This document shows positions 1 to 12,805 of a DNA stretch of 64,000 nucleotides, one piece after another; position 1 is the first letter of the stretch, and every line of letters starts with the position of its first letter. The stretch lies in assembly GCA_951406725.2 (NCBI GenBank), contig OX597818.1:96720001-96784000 (forward strand), given 5' to 3'. This DNA comes from Octopus vulgaris. Taxonomy: Eukaryota. Position numbers and translations under genes: made by a program. A model generated the notes under the pieces. It made no database searches. It was not told the DNA's origin and saw nothing but the letters and a program-made list of their open reading frames with translations.

Positions 1-254
1 GAAAGATATCTTGATATCTTGGCTAGGAATTGGACACATTGATCTGCCAAGTATACTAAGTATTACTATGTAATAAAGAACCCGTAGAGAAAAATTATCT
101 TAGAGTATTTCGTCCCATTACTATTGGACGTTTTCTTCAGTGAAGGTTAGCTATATAATATCAAATGCACGATTTGTATGTGTGCTTGATGAAGTTAATA
201 CATTGACTCTCAGAATCATAATATTCACTGCTCGCTTTTAATCGATTCTGTCAC

Positions 255-600
255 GGATGCAGTGACCGAGTGGCTATGACTTTCACTTCGCAACCATGAG
301 GTTCTGGGTTCTATTCCAAAGCGTGGCATCTCGGGTAGATATATTTTATCATGATTTTTGGTTAACCCAAGTTTTATAAGGGAAATTTGTTGAACGGAAA
401 CTGTTCAACAAAATGAATGTGCTTGTAACTGAAAAAGTCAGCGTTGCCCCACACTTTATTACTCTAATTTTGTTTGAGGATTATGTTAAGAATACAGGTA
501 ACTGCAGTATACCCAGCCACTTACACAATAATTCAATTAGTGAGCAGCTCAATTGATCGAATCTCTGGAATAAGCATCGTTGAAACTAACGAAGGATCTT
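255..600 (+). mobile_element. Old, degraded tRNA-derived SINE
   Basis: Head gagtggct...ggttctgggttctattcc...gcgtggcatctcggg resembles the family-A head. The 3' part (cagccacttacac...ttgatcgaatc.ctggaa) resembles the 3' part of the SINE at 48587-48936. Confidence 0.5.
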
Positions 601-1180
601 TTTACAGCATGGAAGAGATGATGAAACCGAAAAATAATTTTTTTTTTAAATCCCATACTTACTTTTAATTGCTTTTAGAAAATTAAAAGTAACTTGCTCT
701 TAATATTAATTGAAATAATTAACACCTCTGTTAATCATGTGAATCATGAACACGAGTCAGAAGCAACAAAATATTGATATCTTTTTGGTCCAAATCAGGT
801 CAGCTATGATCGAACAAACCCGAGCATGTTAGTTACTTATTTAATCCATCATCTCGGTGCAATCCACTTATCCATTACTCCATACCATTGATCAACCTTA
901 TTAAAGATTATACTGTACATTCTCACATGTAGTGAGCCAGATTAGAGATGTCGTCTCTTGCATGGTGTTCTTGTATATGGATGTTCTTGTATGTGATTTC
1001 AAGTGATTTACTCAAAATTCTTTTAGTTACAGACCAGAATTGTCAACTACCATTAAAGAGTGGTAAGAATCTACAAGTTGGGTGCTACATCATGTTATCT
1101 GTGTATCTGTAGACAAACGCTTTTTGATTAGTAGCGAAGAATGGTTTACAGATGTAGACTGAATTTTATCAGTTTATATA

Positions 1181-1410
1181 CAGGGCTGACCAAAAGTCAC
1201 CTGACAGTAAATCAAAACCATTTAATTCCAAGATTTATTTATGTGTAACAACTGAATGAATTTAATAAAAACATCTAAATATGAGACATCATGAAAATTG
1301 TTCAAACTGAAGTCCTTGAACGATACATTTCTCCATTCTAGGCAATACAGAATTATAGATTGTATTTATTGAATTTTCCTTTACTGTCAGGTGACTTCTG
1401 ACCAACCCTG
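1181..1410. mobile_element. Tc1/mariner-type MITE (230 bp)
   Basis: 31-bp TIRs (CAGGGCTGACCAAAAGTCACCTGACAGTAAA vs reverse complement of the right end CAGGGTTGGTCAGAAGTCACCTGACAGTAAA, 4 mismatches), flanked by TA on both sides. Confidence 0.85.
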
Positions 1411-2031
1411 TATATAACACACAACATCTAATAGTCCATAATTAGTCTTTATTTTTGAGACATTACCCAAAGCCGGAGACAGAATTCGAATCGCCTACAC
1501 TTCTGCGAATATGATTATATTCCATTAACCTAGTCATCTATCATTGTCTTTTTTAAAATTTACCTATCTCTTTCCTCCCCACCTCTCTCTCTCTCTCAAT
1601 TTAACGAAAAACTCATAAGTGTTTTTGTTAACTAAAATTATGCACTGTCCACCTCATGATGTATATATTCATTTCCGTAAGATGCTAAAAATAAATTGAA
1701 GTGTCTTTCCTGTGACACAGTGCAAGACTATGGACGAAATAACAATTCTAATAACAGATTAATATTATTAATAGTATTAATATTATTAATATTGCTAATG
1801 TGTTATACGCATATTACAAATAAATTTCAGTAACTCTATTGGTCATTTAGGCACATCATCTACCAGTGAAGAATAAGCCGATGTATCAAATCTATTCTTC
1901 ATATCAAATGTTTGAACTGAACACTGAAAGCAATGAAGGAACTATCATATAGTATATAGATGGGGATAAACTATAACTCTAGATGGTATGGGGCTGTAGT
2001 TTCTCTATAGCTAGTTGATCTAAATATAGTA

Positions 2032-2255
2032 TACTCGTTACTCTTTTACTCTTATACTTGTTTCAGTCATTTGACTGCGGCCATGCTAGAGCACCGCCTT
2101 TAGTCGAGCAAATCGACCCCGGGACTTATTCTTTGTAAGCCCAGTACTTATTCTATCGGTCTCTTTTGCCGAACCGCTAAGTGACGGGGACGTAAACACA
2201 CCAGCATCGGTTGTCAAGCAATGCTAGGGAGACAAACACAGACACACAAACACAT

Positions 2256-2315
<60 letters not shown>

Positions 2316-2470
2316 GACAGGCTTCTTTCAGTTTCCGTCTACCAAATCCACTCACAAGGCATCGGTCGACCCGGGGCTGTAGCAGAAGACACTTGCCCAA
2401 GATGCCACGCAGTGGACTGAACCCGGAACCATGTGGTTGGTTAGCAAGCTACTTACCACACAGCCACTCC
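2032..2470 (-). mobile_element. SINE family A (tRNA head, CORE-like segment, internal TA/TG microsatellite, (GAGTAAAA)n tail)
   Basis: Minus strand reads GGAGTGGCTGTGTGGTAAG (A-box-like)...GGTTCAGTCC (B-box-like)...CTTGGGCAAGTGTC...GGCCGCAGTCAAATGACTGAAACAAG. Near-identical copies occur elsewhere in the window. Confidence 0.9.
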
Positions 2471-3488
2471 TCTATTCTACATATAGTTTAAATTCCTATA
2501 GCATGTAGTTAAACTATAACTCAATATTGTATGGAATTGAAGTTTATGTATATTATAGCTTAACTTCATGTTATAACTTTATATAGTATGTAGATAAACT
2601 ATAATTTCTTATGGTATCTATTTACAGCAAAGTGGATTGTGCTGTTGAAAATTAAGCATCATTCTCTTTGCTTATAAAATATCGTACGTTTCACTGACCC
2701 TTCGACATTGTAATACCAACAACTACTTTCGTTGCAGACATATTGGTGTGAAAATATACATGGAAATGCTGCTCATTCATATGTGAGTATCCACAATGTA
2801 TATCTCAATATATAACTGGTCATGCAATTTCATGAGCTGCATATGAATAACTGAATCTTATTACTCTTAGATACGTGAAATTTAATTACTTATTTCCACT
2901 AGAAGATATTTGTTATAAATATCTGTCAATATATTATTGGGCGATACTATGAGTAAGCAACTGAACATTAATGCAAACAACGCGTTTAACTGCCTCTTTA
3001 AACGTTATGTTCCGAAATGGATATGCTTATATGTAGGTATTTGTACGCTTGACCCCTTGTCCTCGGTCAGCCCTGATGAAGCAGATATTTGCCATCAAAG
3101 TGTTTCGTCTATGAACATACTATTTTTACCTTAAAAAAAATAAATGTATCCGTGGCTTTGTCAGAGGAAGAAAAGCAACGCACACAATCTTTATGTAGTT
3201 TTTCAGGTACTTTTAGGAGGTAGTTATCGTCAGACCGGAAATCGGGTCTTAATGTTTTCACAAGAGTCAACTCTGTTAAAGGGTCAGGGGATAATGTTAA
3301 CGAGTGATCAATCGTTTCCCAATTTTGTTTTCTTTTCTTTATAAAGAAGGTAAGGTATAATTTAGAACAATTTAACCTCGTTGCGTGATCACGCAGAGAC
3401 TCGCTTACTGCTTCATGTGCATGTATATGATATTATAACTAAGAGAAGTTATCTTAAATATGTTGCCATCCAATTCACCGCCGTATGT

Positions 3489-3800
3489 ATATATATAAAA
3501 ACTGAGAATGTGTGTGTGTGTATGTCTGTCTGTATGTATGTATATGTAGAGCACTAAGACTCGAGAACTACCTAACCGATTTCATTCAAATTTTACGCAT
3601 GCCTTACTTGGGGTCCATGCAGTATCATGAGCCAAAGAAATTCTCAACTTCTTGCCTAATGCGAGCCCGGTGCAATCTCTTATCTCTTACACTATTTCAG
3701 TATTACGTGTCAAAATTCAAACAATAACATCTCCATTGTAATGAGATAGTACTTTCAGTTAAATACTTTCACTATTAATACTGAAACTATTATCTCACAT
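3489..3800 (+). mobile_element. 5' fragment of a non-autonomous Helitron-like element
   Basis: TATATATATAAAAACTG...TGTCTGTCTGT...AACTACCTAACCGATTTCATTCAAATTTT is the typical 5' architecture and parallels the 5' end of the 9883 element. No 3' CTAG found. Confidence 0.45.
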
Positions 3801-3832
3801 ATGTAAATACACACACACACACACACACACTC

Positions 3833-3866
<34 letters not shown>

Positions 3867-3917
3867 GTGAGTATATGTATATATATATATGCATATATGT
3901 ATATGTGTGTGTGTGTA

Positions 3918-4707
3918 TCTACTACATATGTGGGAAATTCTGTCTGTGGTTGCGTTTGTGGAGTTGTTAGTTAATTCCTCCTACATCGTTTTATCGATTT
4001 TGATGAAACTTGACACGTGAGTAGAACTTATGTCTGGAAACCTCATAGCATACTCAGATTGTTGAAAAAATCGATAATAGGGCCGCTGGAAGAGATCCTT
4101 ATATATAGCCAAGGGAAATAACTCATTCATTTTCCTAAATTATTTGGTAAAAATGAAACTGCGTATGCTTATTTCTTAGTATTTGAACTGTTAGAGTTAT
4201 TTTCATAATTTATCCAGTACAACCCTTAAGCAAGTAAATAGTATTTTCCTAAACAATAGATCCACTTATTTCGGTTATGACTTATTCACGAATATAACAA
4301 CAATAGCGCCCCTGGGGGTAATATTCTCTGGGAACGCACGAAAGCCCTTTTCAGAGTTATTTACATTGAATTGTTATTATCTCATATCTGATTAGCTTGT
4401 TATTACGTAACATGTTTCACGATTTTAGTATACATACCTTATTAGTATTTCCTTCTTTTCGGTGCTACTCTATTTCAATTCTTACTATCGGGTAACTAAT
4501 TTCATGTTATTACATAACTAACTTCATAATTTGGGTATTCATAGCTTTTTGTGAATTCCTAAAAACGAGTTCCTGTGTAAGACAGTTCGGTATTCTCTGT
4601 AAATGCATCAAAACCGTTTTAAGGGCTGCGTACTTTGTATTGTTACTATTGGATTGGCGACACAACTATGAGAACGGAACCAAGGGATTACCGAGTACGG
4701 CAGTTGG
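3918..4707 (+). mobile_element. Degraded non-autonomous Helitron-like element
   Basis: Starts A|TC. Has TCTGTCTGT and ATCGATTTTGATGAAACTT near the 5' end, and AAGGGAAATAACTC shared with the 9883 family. Ends with a GC-rich ccgagtacgg hairpin followed by cagTTGG|T (degenerate CTRR). Confidence 0.5.
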
Positions 4708-4793
<86 letters not shown>

Positions 4794-4917
4794 TGTATGT
4801 ATGTATGTATGTATGTATGTATGTGTATGTATGTATGTATGCATGCAAGCATGTATGTATGTATGTATGTATGTATGTATGTATGTATGTATGGATGGAT
4901 GGATGGATGGATGGATG

Positions 4918-4991
<74 letters not shown>

Positions 4992-5050
4992 GTATGTATA
5001 TGGAAAAAAGTCAAAGTAGGAAATGCTAACATAATTTTAGAAAAAAAACA

Positions 5051-5092
5051 TTTCTGTACCGGTTTCAGTCATTGAGACTTTTTCAACTGTAA
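5051..5092 (-). ncRNA. Minimal type-I hammerhead ribozyme motif, U3-A8 core variant (stem I decayed)
   Basis: Minus strand: TTACAG-TTGAAAA-AGTC(TCAAT)GACT-GAAA-CCGG-TA-CAGAAA. 4-bp stem II, palindromic stem III ACCGGT, GUA cleavage triplet. Confidence 0.55.
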
Positions 5093-5799
5093 GTATGGAA
5101 AGCAATTAAATTTTGGAAAAGTTAAAAGAAAAGTTTTTAAAAAGAATATTTGCATAGTATTCAAATACAAGAGGCATTTTCCTTGTTTCTACCTGTCTCT
5201 GTCTCTCTTGTTTACTCTTGTGGGTTCGGTGTACGCATAGCACAGAAGAAAACCGCAGTATTTTGCCTGTCAACGGTGTGCATACTTTATATACACTGAA
5301 TATGATGCATAGATAGCCATTATTGAATACACATTTCATTTTGATCAGAACCGTTTGCTAGCTTTCGTGACAGCTACATCTGCCGTAAACATTTTTGCCG
5401 TAGAAAATTTAACCATACTTCTTTTCACTGTCACACATTTACCGAAATATTTTTAGCCGCAAGGCATATCTGTTGTCAGACATTTTTTATCGTTATATTT
5501 TTTAAAAAAACACCACGAAGGACTCATTGGCTTGTTAGAAACAAAGGACCTTGTTTGTCAAGTTGAGAAATAAAACAATAACAATAATATCTCAGGTGAG
5601 CCCATAACTTGTTTTAATTTTCCAGTTTGCTTATAATCTACCATATTAGTGCTATTGTAAATTCAGCAAACAAAGTTATATTATTCCTAACAAGCAGATT
5701 ACTAACCAAGCCGTAAATTCAATTAAGATATATTTTTATTTTATTTTTGATATTACTTAATATGACTACGCCACCACACGTTCATAATTCACTTAATGC

Positions 5800-6130
5800 T
5801 TTGAAATGAAAATGAGAGGGCAGATACATGGGTATTTTATTATATTTGACAGTATAAATATGCAGTTACGCATAACTTGCTTTTCTTTGATCCATTTATA
5901 TTTGGCGTAAATTTCTCCACAACTTTCCACTTGGCTGTATGTAGTGTGCAGTTGATCTTCTGATCCCATACATGGCTAGCTAACGTAGTGGCTTTATTTT
6001 TATCAATGTGTCGGAAGGAAGATTGGTTGTTTGCATAACGGCTTTTAAAATTGTCTTCGCATAAGCTGACATAATGAGTGGGGATGTAATTGTTTGCTTT
6101 CATTTATTTTCCATTCCTACTGTCAGTTCC
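5800..6130 (-). pseudogene. Penelope-like element GIY-YIG endonuclease remnant (Naiad/Chlamys-like)
   Basis: ORF 5840-6103: HYVSLCEDNFKSRYANNQSSFRH...LASHVWD...KWKVVEK...NGSKKSKLCVT. This matches the YIG...FK.RY.NH..SF...LSKHIW...W.I...C.LC pattern of PLE endonucleases. Confidence 0.7.
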
Positions 6131-6724
6131 TTTGCGTCTGACCCACGATATTTTAATTTGTCATTGCAATTGTATCTGTATTTGTGATTTTAGGTATTGT
6201 TTTTGTCAACCTTCCTGACCGCTTTTATGCACTTTTCATTACTTTTATTTGTCATCAGGACTGTATATTTATCTGGTCCTTTGTGGTATTGTTCAAATCC
6301 ACATTACTAATTTGTTATCGTAGCTGTATCTCTCTATTTGCATAGATATTTGAGGTACGTGTCTCTCATTCTGTCCAATGTCTGATCTTCGCTTCACCTT
6401 CCTGGCTTCTACTATTCTCACACCATCCCACTTGTTTAGATATTAGTTTCCCTTCCACATCGGTATTTCTTTCCAAGAAACAAAAACCGTTTGGGTTATA
6501 TTGCTCTATCTAGTAATAATACGTTATGTAAAATGCTTAAAATCTTTAAAAAAATTAAATTAGAATAGTAGAGGTACTGGTATTTAGTTCCGAATAATTC
6601 ATTATTACTAAAGTTGAACTGAATTAAAATTTCAACAGTTTTCATGACTAGTGTATCAAATTACGAAATACTCTCATTATCGAGTGCTTTCTTTAAAAAC
6701 TTTTATGATAAATGAGTACTTGTT

Positions 6725-6930
6725 GGACGGCAAGCTGACAGAATTGATAAAGCATCGGAAACATTTTTGAGCTATTTCATCCGTTATTTTATTTTCAGGA
6801 TACAAATCTCCCCGAGGTCGACATTACCGTTCATCAGTTGGGAAGTCGGTAAAATAAATTACCGGTCATGTAGTGGGGTCGGTGATATCGACAAACCTAC
6901 TTTCTCTAAAATTACTGGCATTACACCAGA
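6725..6930 (+). mobile_element. Degraded SINE family B copy
   Basis: ggcaagctgacagaatt...ccgaggtcgac...gtcggtaaaataaattaccgg...ggggtcggtgatatcgac aligns with family B. Confidence 0.7.
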
Positions 6931-8070
6931 AATAATTATTACTGAATATTTTACGTCGGTAAATATGAACATATATTATCAGCACATATATTTGGCTAGT
7001 ACATAGTGATCTACTGAAGGAATTTTGTCAACCCTACTCTCATACATACACACATACACACACACACACACACATACACACACACACATACACACACACA
7101 CATACACACACATACACACACAAGATATTAAGCTTGTGTGTGTGCCAATAATATATTAAATTCGATGGATGGTACAACAGAAGAGGTATATCACATGAAT
7201 AAATTTCAGTGAATATGGTGAAAAGACACAGGGACATAGTGGCTGTCGAGCATTTGAAACAATATCTTCTTATTTATATCACCGATTTACTGTTCTTAAA
7301 ATTCAGAATCTAACGTTTATTTCATTTTGTAATATAGAGCTACTTTGTTTTAATATCCATCGACTTGTTCTTTGTACAGATTATTTTACAATTTAATTTC
7401 GAAACATTTAGCCGCTAGAATGTGGCTGTAAGCAATCGATACTTCAGTATGTATTTAAAAGAGGTAAATATATTCAATAAAATAAAAATTCAAATAATAA
7501 ACGTATTCGATTATGAAAATATTTGGTAATTTGGGATGCTAATATCCAATATCCATATTTCTGAAGGGATAAATATTTCATTGACAAATTCAAAATTTTT
7601 TGTACAGAAGCAGTGGTTGAAATCTCAGCAGCTCAGTGAACCAGTTGTTAAAATTTTGCCAGCTTGCGACTGAGTAGAGGTATTTGTAGACACTCATGAT
7701 TATAGATTGTGAAACTATGAACACGGACGTTGGATTGCGTATAGAAAATGTGAGGAAGCCTTTTCCTTGGATTTTCAAAGAAAACAAGGTAAGTTATAAA
7801 CATTAGATCCACACAATGATGTCAGCATTATAGATTAGTTTGAGATGCTTGGTATGGACATTTATATTACAGAATTCTTATGACTGGATGTGCATATTTA
7901 AGGCTAAACTAAGCGATCAAAATGCCATCAAAAATCATTTCACTCATTTTTGATGACCATCTCTGCGATCTCCGAACATAAATCCTAAATATAACCTTAG
8001 GGCATACCCAGTTCACTAAACCTATGTCAATCATTAGGCGTAAAGTCTTAAAGTTACTCATATTTGAAAT

Positions 8071-8722
8071 ATTGGTTTCAAATTTCGGCACAAGGGGAGG
8101 GAGTATATCGATTACATCGACTCCTGTGCTGAACTAGTATTTATTTGACTTATCTCGAAAGATGAAAGGCAAAGTTGACCTCGGAGGATTGTGAACTCAG
8201 AAAGAAAAGACGGATGGAATGCCACTGAGCATTTTGTCCAGAGTGTTAACATTTCTGCCTGTTCGACTCCTTAATAATAATTACTTCAAATTTTGGTACA
8301 AGACCAGCAATTTTAGGGAAGGGGATAAATCGATTACACCAACCCCAGTGTTCAACTTATTTCATCAATCCCGAAAAAATGAAAAGCAAAGTCGACCTCG
8401 GTGGAATTTGAACTCAGAACGTAGAGGGACGAAATGCCGCTAAGTATTTTGCCCGGCGTGCTAACGATTCTGTCTGGTCACCGCTTTCGCCTTAATTATA
8501 ATTATAACCCTCTCTGCTGAAGGCACAAGGCATGAGCAATTTCAGGGAAAGGGATAAGTCGATCACATCGACCACCGTGTTTCACTGGTACTTAATTTAT
8601 CGACCCAACAAGGATGAAAGGTAAAGTCGAACTCGGCGAAATTTGAACTAGGAATGAAAAGATCGACGAAATGCTGCTAAGCATTTTACCCGGCGTGCTA
8701 ATGGTTCTGACAGCTTATCGCC
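8071..8722 (-). mobile_element. Three tandem SINE family B copies (B2-type tail)
   Basis: Three repeats of the ggcacaagg...gattacatcgac...aaagtcgacctcggcggaatttgaactcag...gtgctaacg pattern, separated by short TAA runs. Confidence 0.85.
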
Positions 8723-9096
8723 TTATTCATATTCGAAATATTTGTCGAGTCTTTAAAGAGATTTTAGTTGTATATTAAATGAAGCAACCTGAAGATTGTC
8801 ATAGTACAATGACATAAAAATGCCACGGTACAGCGAGTAGTATATAGAGTGGTTCACATGTGTTGGATAGGATGTTTGTATTTGCCTTGATTTAAATAAT
8901 AATGATTGTGCGTTTGCATTTTTAAAGTTAGCCATTTATAGATTATCAGTTCCTTTTTTTATGTTTGAAAAATATAGCAATCGTAGCAGAGAACTACTGT
9001 TGACATTAGCAGAAGATAAGACACTGGATTTAAAGAAAGTCATAGAAGTGACGCTTTGTCAGTAAAACATGAGGCTTAAACGTCTGATATCTCTTC

Positions 9097-9139
<43 letters not shown>

Positions 9140-9882
9140 TGCGTACATATATATGTATAAATATATACACGTATGTATGTGTATATATATATATATATAC
9201 ACATAATACATATACATACGTACATATATATACTTACATATATATATGTTATAAATATATATATGTGTGTGTGTGTACATATGTATGTATGTATGTATAT
9301 ATGAAGTAAACAAATGCATGTATATATAGCTTTACTTGCTTTCTTCAGATACCAAACATTAACACAACAAAATAAACTTTTTCTATCGGTTTCCATGAAT
9401 GATTCCCATCCTAATGTATTTCTCTTCATACAAATGCACACATGACTGCTTAAGCAAACGATAAAAATTCAGGAATCAGTTTTAAGAGTCGCTCTTCAAG
9501 GAATGCGAATTCATATGCAGTTCTTCGTTGCGTACACATGCACGAATAGACATTGACCTTTAAGAGATTACCTGCGAATATTCATTTAGTATTTGCATAC
9601 ATTCATTAAATATAAATCTCTTTCTGACGAAATTTGTGCAAAACAATATTGCGTACTCTTGATTTCATCGACAGCATAAAAAAATGCAAGTTATAAGATC
9701 AGGGATGTAGGAATCTAGTTGACCTCCAATCTTACTTGGTTCACATACAAAGGATTTTTAATAATAATGTATAACATTTGACAGCTTGATATTCATTTTA
9801 CATAAGCACACAAACACACATATATTTATATTCATATACACTTATATCTGTCTATATTAATATGTGTGTGTATATATATATA

Positions 9883-10394
9883 TCTATATATATAAAACTG
9901 TAGTTGTGTGAGTGTCTGTCCCCTTCGATTTAGATTCCTAACTACTCCCACATTTTGCGGTGCAGTTTAACCAAATTCGGGTATCTTATAGTCGTGATTC
10001 ATATCGAGCCCGTCTGAGTATTAGCGCGCGTCTACGACGAGTCTACGATTTTAAAAATAATTTAACATCATTTTTTATTCCATTTTAATGCATAATTTTT
10101 CGTGTGTCGATGGCGGCGGAGTTGGCGTCCATGGTCACACCTGCACCTGTTTGCTTCTCCCCCTTCTTCCCTCCCTCGTGAAGCTGTGGGGAAGGGAGTG
10201 TAAGGAAATCAACGTCGTAAAGCGTTGTCAAGGAGACCAGCGTTCTTTTAGAACAACGACTTCATGGCTTGAAGACACCAAACAGAAATGGCTAAGAAAG
10301 CCCGAATTGGCATCTATAAGGGAAGTAACTCTCTAAAAATGCTTATATAGTTATTTCCCTTACAAACCCGAGCAACGCCGGGCGATACTGCTAG
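9883..10394 (+). mobile_element. Non-autonomous Helitron (512 bp)
   Basis: 5' A|TCTATATATATAAAA; 3' hairpin CCCGAGCAACGCCGGG followed by CTAG|T; no TSD. Two more copies lie nearby. Confidence 0.9.
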
Positions 10395-10782
10395 TATATA
10401 TATACATTTTTATGGATGGATTCACATTCTCTGAGAAGTTAACAATCTTTTTTAAAAACTTTTTATAAAACTGTGCATCATTAGAAAGCATTTTAAGTCT
10501 GCTTATAATTTGACTGTAAATTTCATAGAACTCACTCCTAATACTTCATGAGGATAATCAAACCCTCTAGGATGTCTGGAAAACATATATGTGATTTAGC
10601 TGATGAATGCTGGACATTTGTATTTGCTGCAATATTTGCAGCTTCAAATAAAATTGCTCTTAGTATGAAACAATTGTATTAAACCACTAATCCATTCTTG
10701 TTGCTTTTTTCTTGGCTATATATATATATATGTATACATATATGTATGTATGTGTGTGCGTATATATATATATATATATATA

Positions 10783-11287
10783 CTAGCAGTATCGCCCGGC
10801 GTTGCTCGGGTTTGTAAGGGAAATAACTATATAAGCATTTTTAGAGAGTTACTTCCCTTATAAATTCGGGCTTTCTTAGCCATTTTTGTTTTGGTGTCTT
10901 CAAGCCATGAAGTCGTTGTTCTAAAAGAACGCTGGTCTCCTACACAACGCATTACGACGTTGATTTCTTTACACTCCCTTCCCCACAGCTTCACGAGGGA
11001 GGGAAGAGGGAGAAGCAAACAGGTGCAGCTGTGAGCGTGGACGCCAACTCCGCCGCCATCGACACACGATGCATTTTATGCATTAAAATGGAATAAAAAA
11101 TGATGTTAAATTATTTTTAAATCGTAGACTCATCGTTGACGCGCGCTAATAGTCAGACGGGCTCGATATGAATCACGACTATAAGATACCCGAATTTGGT
11201 TAAACTGCACCGTAAAATGTGGGAGGAGTTAGGAATCTAAATCGAAGGGGACAGACACTCACACAACTAGAGTTTTATATATATAGA
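10783..11287 (-). mobile_element. Non-autonomous Helitron, copy 2
   Basis: Reverse complement of 9883-10394. CTAG terminus at 10783, TC terminus at 11287. Confidence 0.9.
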
Positions 11288-11791
11288 CTAGCAAATCGCC
11301 CGGCGTTGCTCGGGTTTGTAAGGGAAATAACTATATAAGCATTTTTAGAGAGTTACTTCCCTTATAAATTCGGGCTTTCTTAGCCATTTTTGTTTTGGTG
11401 TCTTCAAGCCATGAAGTCGTTGTTCTAAAAGAACGCTGGTTTCCTTCACAACGCATTACGACGTTGATTTCTTTACACTCCCTTCCCCACAGCTTCACGA
11501 GGGAGGGAAGGGGGGAAGCAAACAGGTGCAGCTGTGAGCGTGGACGCCAACTCCGCCGCCATCGACATATGATGCATTTTATGCATTAAAATGGAATAAA
11601 AAATGATGTTAAATTATTTTTAAAATCGTAGACTCATCGTTGACGCGCGCTAATAGTCAGACGGGCTCGATATGAATCACGACTATAAGATACCCGAATT
11701 TGGTTAAACTGCACCGCAAAATGTGGGAGGAGTCAGGAATCTAAATCGAAGGGGACAGACACTCACACAACTAGAGTTTTATATATATAGA
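11288..11791 (-). mobile_element. Non-autonomous Helitron, copy 3 (head-to-tail with copy 2)
   Basis: CTAG at 11288-11291 abuts the GA (minus-strand TC) at 11286-11287. Its own TC terminus is at 11791. Confidence 0.9.
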
Positions 11792-11875
11792 TATCCTGCG
11801 TTTGAGAATAATTTAAAATCACTTCTTTAACTTTTTAAGACATCTCAACGCTTCTAAAGCAAACTTCGTTTGTTT

Positions 11876-12227
<352 letters not shown>

Positions 12228-12736
12228 TATAAATATATATGCGTGTATGTAGGTAGGCGTAAAAAAAACTGAACTACCAATACAGAGCGAGTTATGAAAT
12301 ATATAGATAGATAGAAATTATGTATAAAAACATGTATAAACATATACATATGCACGTATATACATATATATATATCTTTCTCTCTCTTTCTCGATCTTTT
12401 TCTCTCTCTCTACCTATCTAACTAACTAACTATATGTGTGTGTGCGTGTATGTATGTATGTATGTATGTATGTATGTATGTATGTATGTATGTATGTATG
12501 TATGTATGTATAAATATATATATATATATATTTCAAAAAATTCATAAAAGCACAACAAACGGATAATTCGTAGCTAATTCCTCATCAGTCAACGACCAAA
12601 AGATCCTTACAATTTCGCACCTTTAGCGTTGATATTACTCACTTTTGGTGGTGCCAGCGGCAGAAAGCCACTGGGAATAGTTAATGGGCGTACAGGACAT
12701 TGATGAAAACAAGCACAACAAAATAAAATGATGATG

Positions 12737-12773
<37 letters not shown>

Positions 12774-12805
12774 TCAAAATAAGCAACAAGAATATCTTCG
12801 GTAAT

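Noticed and set aside
3070-3105. CTGATGA followed by a hairpin (possible hammerhead)
   Set aside because: No GAAA follows the stem; the segment matches the end of the ancient dispersed repeat.
4608-5075. Long ORFs of YIYI/MYVC/HTYI type, here and throughout the window
   Set aside because: These are translations of (TA)n, (TATG)n, (CA)n and (GATA)n microsatellites that lack stop codons; there is no coding evidence.
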